This document shows positions 30,243 to 32,000 of a stretch of DNA of 32,000 bases, piece by piece. The notes beneath the pieces were generated by a model. That model was not told where the DNA came from and searched no databases. It saw only the letters and a list, made by a program, of their open reading frames with translations. A program made the position numbers and the translations under genes. The DNA is taken from assembly GCF_000186885.1 (NCBI RefSeq), contig NC_014972.1, positions 210,001 through 242,000 on the forward strand. Reading direction: 5' to 3'. The stretch is from Desulfobulbus propionicus DSM 2032. Its GTDB lineage: Bacteria > Desulfobacterota > Desulfobulbia > Desulfobulbales > Desulfobulbaceae. Position 1 is the stretch's first letter. Every line of letters starts with the position of its first letter.

Positions 30243-32000
30243 AGGTGCTGCTGCGGCTCGTGTGGCGCGGCCTCGTCCGCCATCCGCGCTTTTCCCTGTT
30301 GTTCCTGGTCAACCTGGCCCTCGGCCTGACCGGTTTTCTCCTGGTCAGCTCGTTCAGCGCCACCCTGTCCCGCTATGTCGACGGCCACCTGCGCGAAATC
30401 TTGACCGCCGATGTGGTGATCCAGGGCAGTCGCCCCCTGACCGAACAGGAAAGGGAGCGGGTTCGCCGCGTCGCCGGGCCGGACAGCCGTTTTTCCCGGC
30501 AAATCGCCTTCTACACCATGGTCAAGGGAGGCGGCACCTCCAAGCTGGCCCAGATCGTGGCCATTGATGCGGCCTATCCGCTCTACGGCGCTTTCCAAGA
30601 CGCGGGGCAGCCGGTCGATCCGCACCTGCTGGCCGCCCTGCAGGAGCAGCCCCGCCTGCTGATGAGCCGCGAGACCGCCCGGTCCTACGGCCTGCGGCCG
30701 GACGACCCGCTGACCATCGGCCAGCTCGTTTCCACGGCGAGGACCTTTTTTGATCGCGATCCGGGCGGCGGCTTCACCGGCCTGACCCTGGCCCCCAAGA
30801 TCTATCTTGGCCTGCCGCAGGTGGAGAGCTCCAACCTGATCCGGTTTGGCAGCCGGGTCACCCACACATGCTTCATCCGGCTGCCGGAAACGGCCGACAA
30901 CGCCGAAGTGGCGACCCGACTGGGCGCGGCCCTGGCCGGGCCCGAGGGCAAGTCGGATCTGCGTGTGTCTTCCACCGTGGATGTCAACCGCCGCCTGGGC
31001 CGGGCGGTGGGCTACTTCAGTTCGTTCCTCGGTTTGGCCTCCATGGCCTCCCTCGGCTTGGCCGGCCTGGCGGGCGGTTATCTGTTCCGGGAGCATCTGC
31101 GCGGCAGGAGGCGGGAAATCGCCATTCTCCTCAGTCTCGGCGCCGGCCGCCGCCAATGCCTGCTTCTGCCCATGGGAGAGCTGGCCCTGCTTGGCCTGGG
31201 CGCGGCCTGCCTGGCGACGATGCTGAGCCAGGCGCTGCTGCCGCTGTTTAGCCGGCTGTTCGTTGGTCTCATTCCCGTCGACCTCCACCTCGGGGTTGAT
31301 CCGGCTTCCGTGCTCATGACCCTGGTGATCGGAACGGCCGGCAGCCTGCTGTTCTGCCTGCCGGTTTACCGGCGCATCCTGGCTGTCCGGCCGTTGTCGC
31401 TGTTGCGCGATCAATTCGACAACGGTTCGCCTTCCTGGCAGGAGCGCATCCTGCAGTCGGCCACCCTGGTCCCAGCCGTTGGTCTGCTGTTTTTTCTGGC
31501 CGTGCGTCTCAGCCACACGCCTGCGCAGGGCATCGGATTCGCCGTCGGACTGGCGGCGGTGATCGGACTGCTCGCCCTGATCGGTAGGATGCTCGCCGCC
31601 GGCTGCCGCCGCTGGTCGCGAACCGATCGCCTCACCTGGCGGATCGTCTGGCGCAACCTTTACCGCAACCGCCTCGCCGCCAGCGCGGTCTTTGCCGCCC
31701 TGGCCACGGCCCTGTTGCTGGTGAACCTCATTCCCCAGGTGGAAAAGGGGCTGATCGCCGAGATCGGCCAGCCGGAGGGGATGGAGCGGCCCGACCTGTT
31801 CCTCATTGATATTCAGGAAGAACAGCGGCAGCCGCTGGAGGCATTGTTGCACACGGAACAGGTGGTTCTGTCTCCACTGGCCCCCATGGTTCAGGGACGG
31901 ATCGCCAGCATCAACGGCATCCCTTTCGCCCGCTGGCGCGACCAGCACGGCGCTGGCGACGAGCGGGGGTTGCGGCGCACCGAGTTCAATTTTTCCAGCA
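30239..32000 (+). CDS. FtsX-family ABC transporter permease (YbbP-like), 3'-truncated by the window end
   Basis: The ATG at 30239 overlaps the upstream stop (ATGA). Hand translation gives [48 protein letters not shown]...VAIDAAYPLYG. No plus-strand ORF in this frame appears in the track, consistent with no stop before the window ends. Confidence 0.8.
   Translation, partial: MKVLLRLVWRGLVRHPRFSLLFLVNLALGLTGFLLVSSFSATLSRYVDGHLREILTADVVIQGSRPLTEQERERVRRVAGPDSRFSRQIAFYTMVKGGGTSKLAQIVAIDAAYPLYGAFQDAGQPVDPHLLAALQEQPRLLMSRETARSYGLRPDDPLTIGQLVSTARTFFDRDPGGGFTGLTLAPKIYLGLPQVESSNLIRFGSRVTHTCFIRLPETADNAEVATRLGAALAGPEGKSDLRVSSTVDVNRRLGRAVGYFSSFLGLASMASLGLAGLAGGYLFREHLRGRRREIAILLSLGAGRRQCLLLPMGELALLGLGAACLATMLSQALLPLFSRLFVGLIPVDLHLGVDPASVLMTLVIGTAGSLLFCLPVYRRILAVRPLSLLRDQFDNGSPSWQERILQSATLVPAVGLLFFLAVRLSHTPAQGIGFAVGLAAVIGLLALIGRMLAAGCRRWSRTDRLTWRIVWRNLYRNRLAASAVFAALATALLLVNLIPQVEKGLIAEIGQPEGMERPDLFLIDIQEEQRQPLEALLHTEQVVLSPLAPMVQGRIASINGIPFARWRDQHGAGDERGLRRTEFNFSS

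Noticed and set aside
30182-31948. 588-aa minus-strand ORF, the longest ORF in this part of the track
   Set aside because: Its translation is low-complexity and rich in Gly, Ala, Arg, Gln and Pro. It lies exactly antisense to a plus-strand frame that starts with an ATGA overlap at 30239 and translates into a typical FtsX/YbbP permease N-terminus. It is a GC-rich antisense shadow ORF.

Overview
The window has two parts. Positions 1 to about 16383 are the right-hand part of an integrated mobile element; its left end lies outside the window. The element is compositionally mosaic and visibly more AT-rich than the flank. It carries phage-like genes, a P4-family primase next to an iteron-rich putative origin, and BrnT/BrnA. 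It also carries a divergent Ner/Cro-like and CI-like immunity switch with repeated operators, a secreted SNase-type nuclease paired with a zinc-ribbon membrane protein, and HigB/HigA. The last cargo is a very AT-rich reverse-transcriptase (RT) cassette, followed by a tyrosine integrase that abuts a 3' fragment of a tRNA-Arg(CCU)-like gene (att site). From about 16.4 kb to 32 kb the sequence is GC-rich chromosomal core. It encodes a tetraheme cytochrome c3 and a Tat-exported redox protein (a pairing that may point to a Desulfobacterota-like host, not verified), modE-modABC, a DUF4424-like secreted protein, and an ADP-forming acyl/acetyl-CoA synthetase. It also encodes znuACB with a divergent zur, and a tesA-like gene followed by a YbbA/YbbP-like ABC transporter that runs off the window. 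The best candidate for an undescribed system is the cassette at 10.4-15.1 kb. It is a 498-aa non-intron, non-classical-retron-looking RT preceded by about 450 nt of structured non-coding leader. That leader ends in a near-perfect intrinsic terminator 13 nt before the RT start codon. Two co-directional orphan ORFs follow: a 275-aa all-alpha-looking protein with an Rx5H (HEPN-like) string, and a 561-aa protein with a C-terminal hydrophobic hairpin. All family assignments come from reading the translated ORFs by eye. No database search was run.
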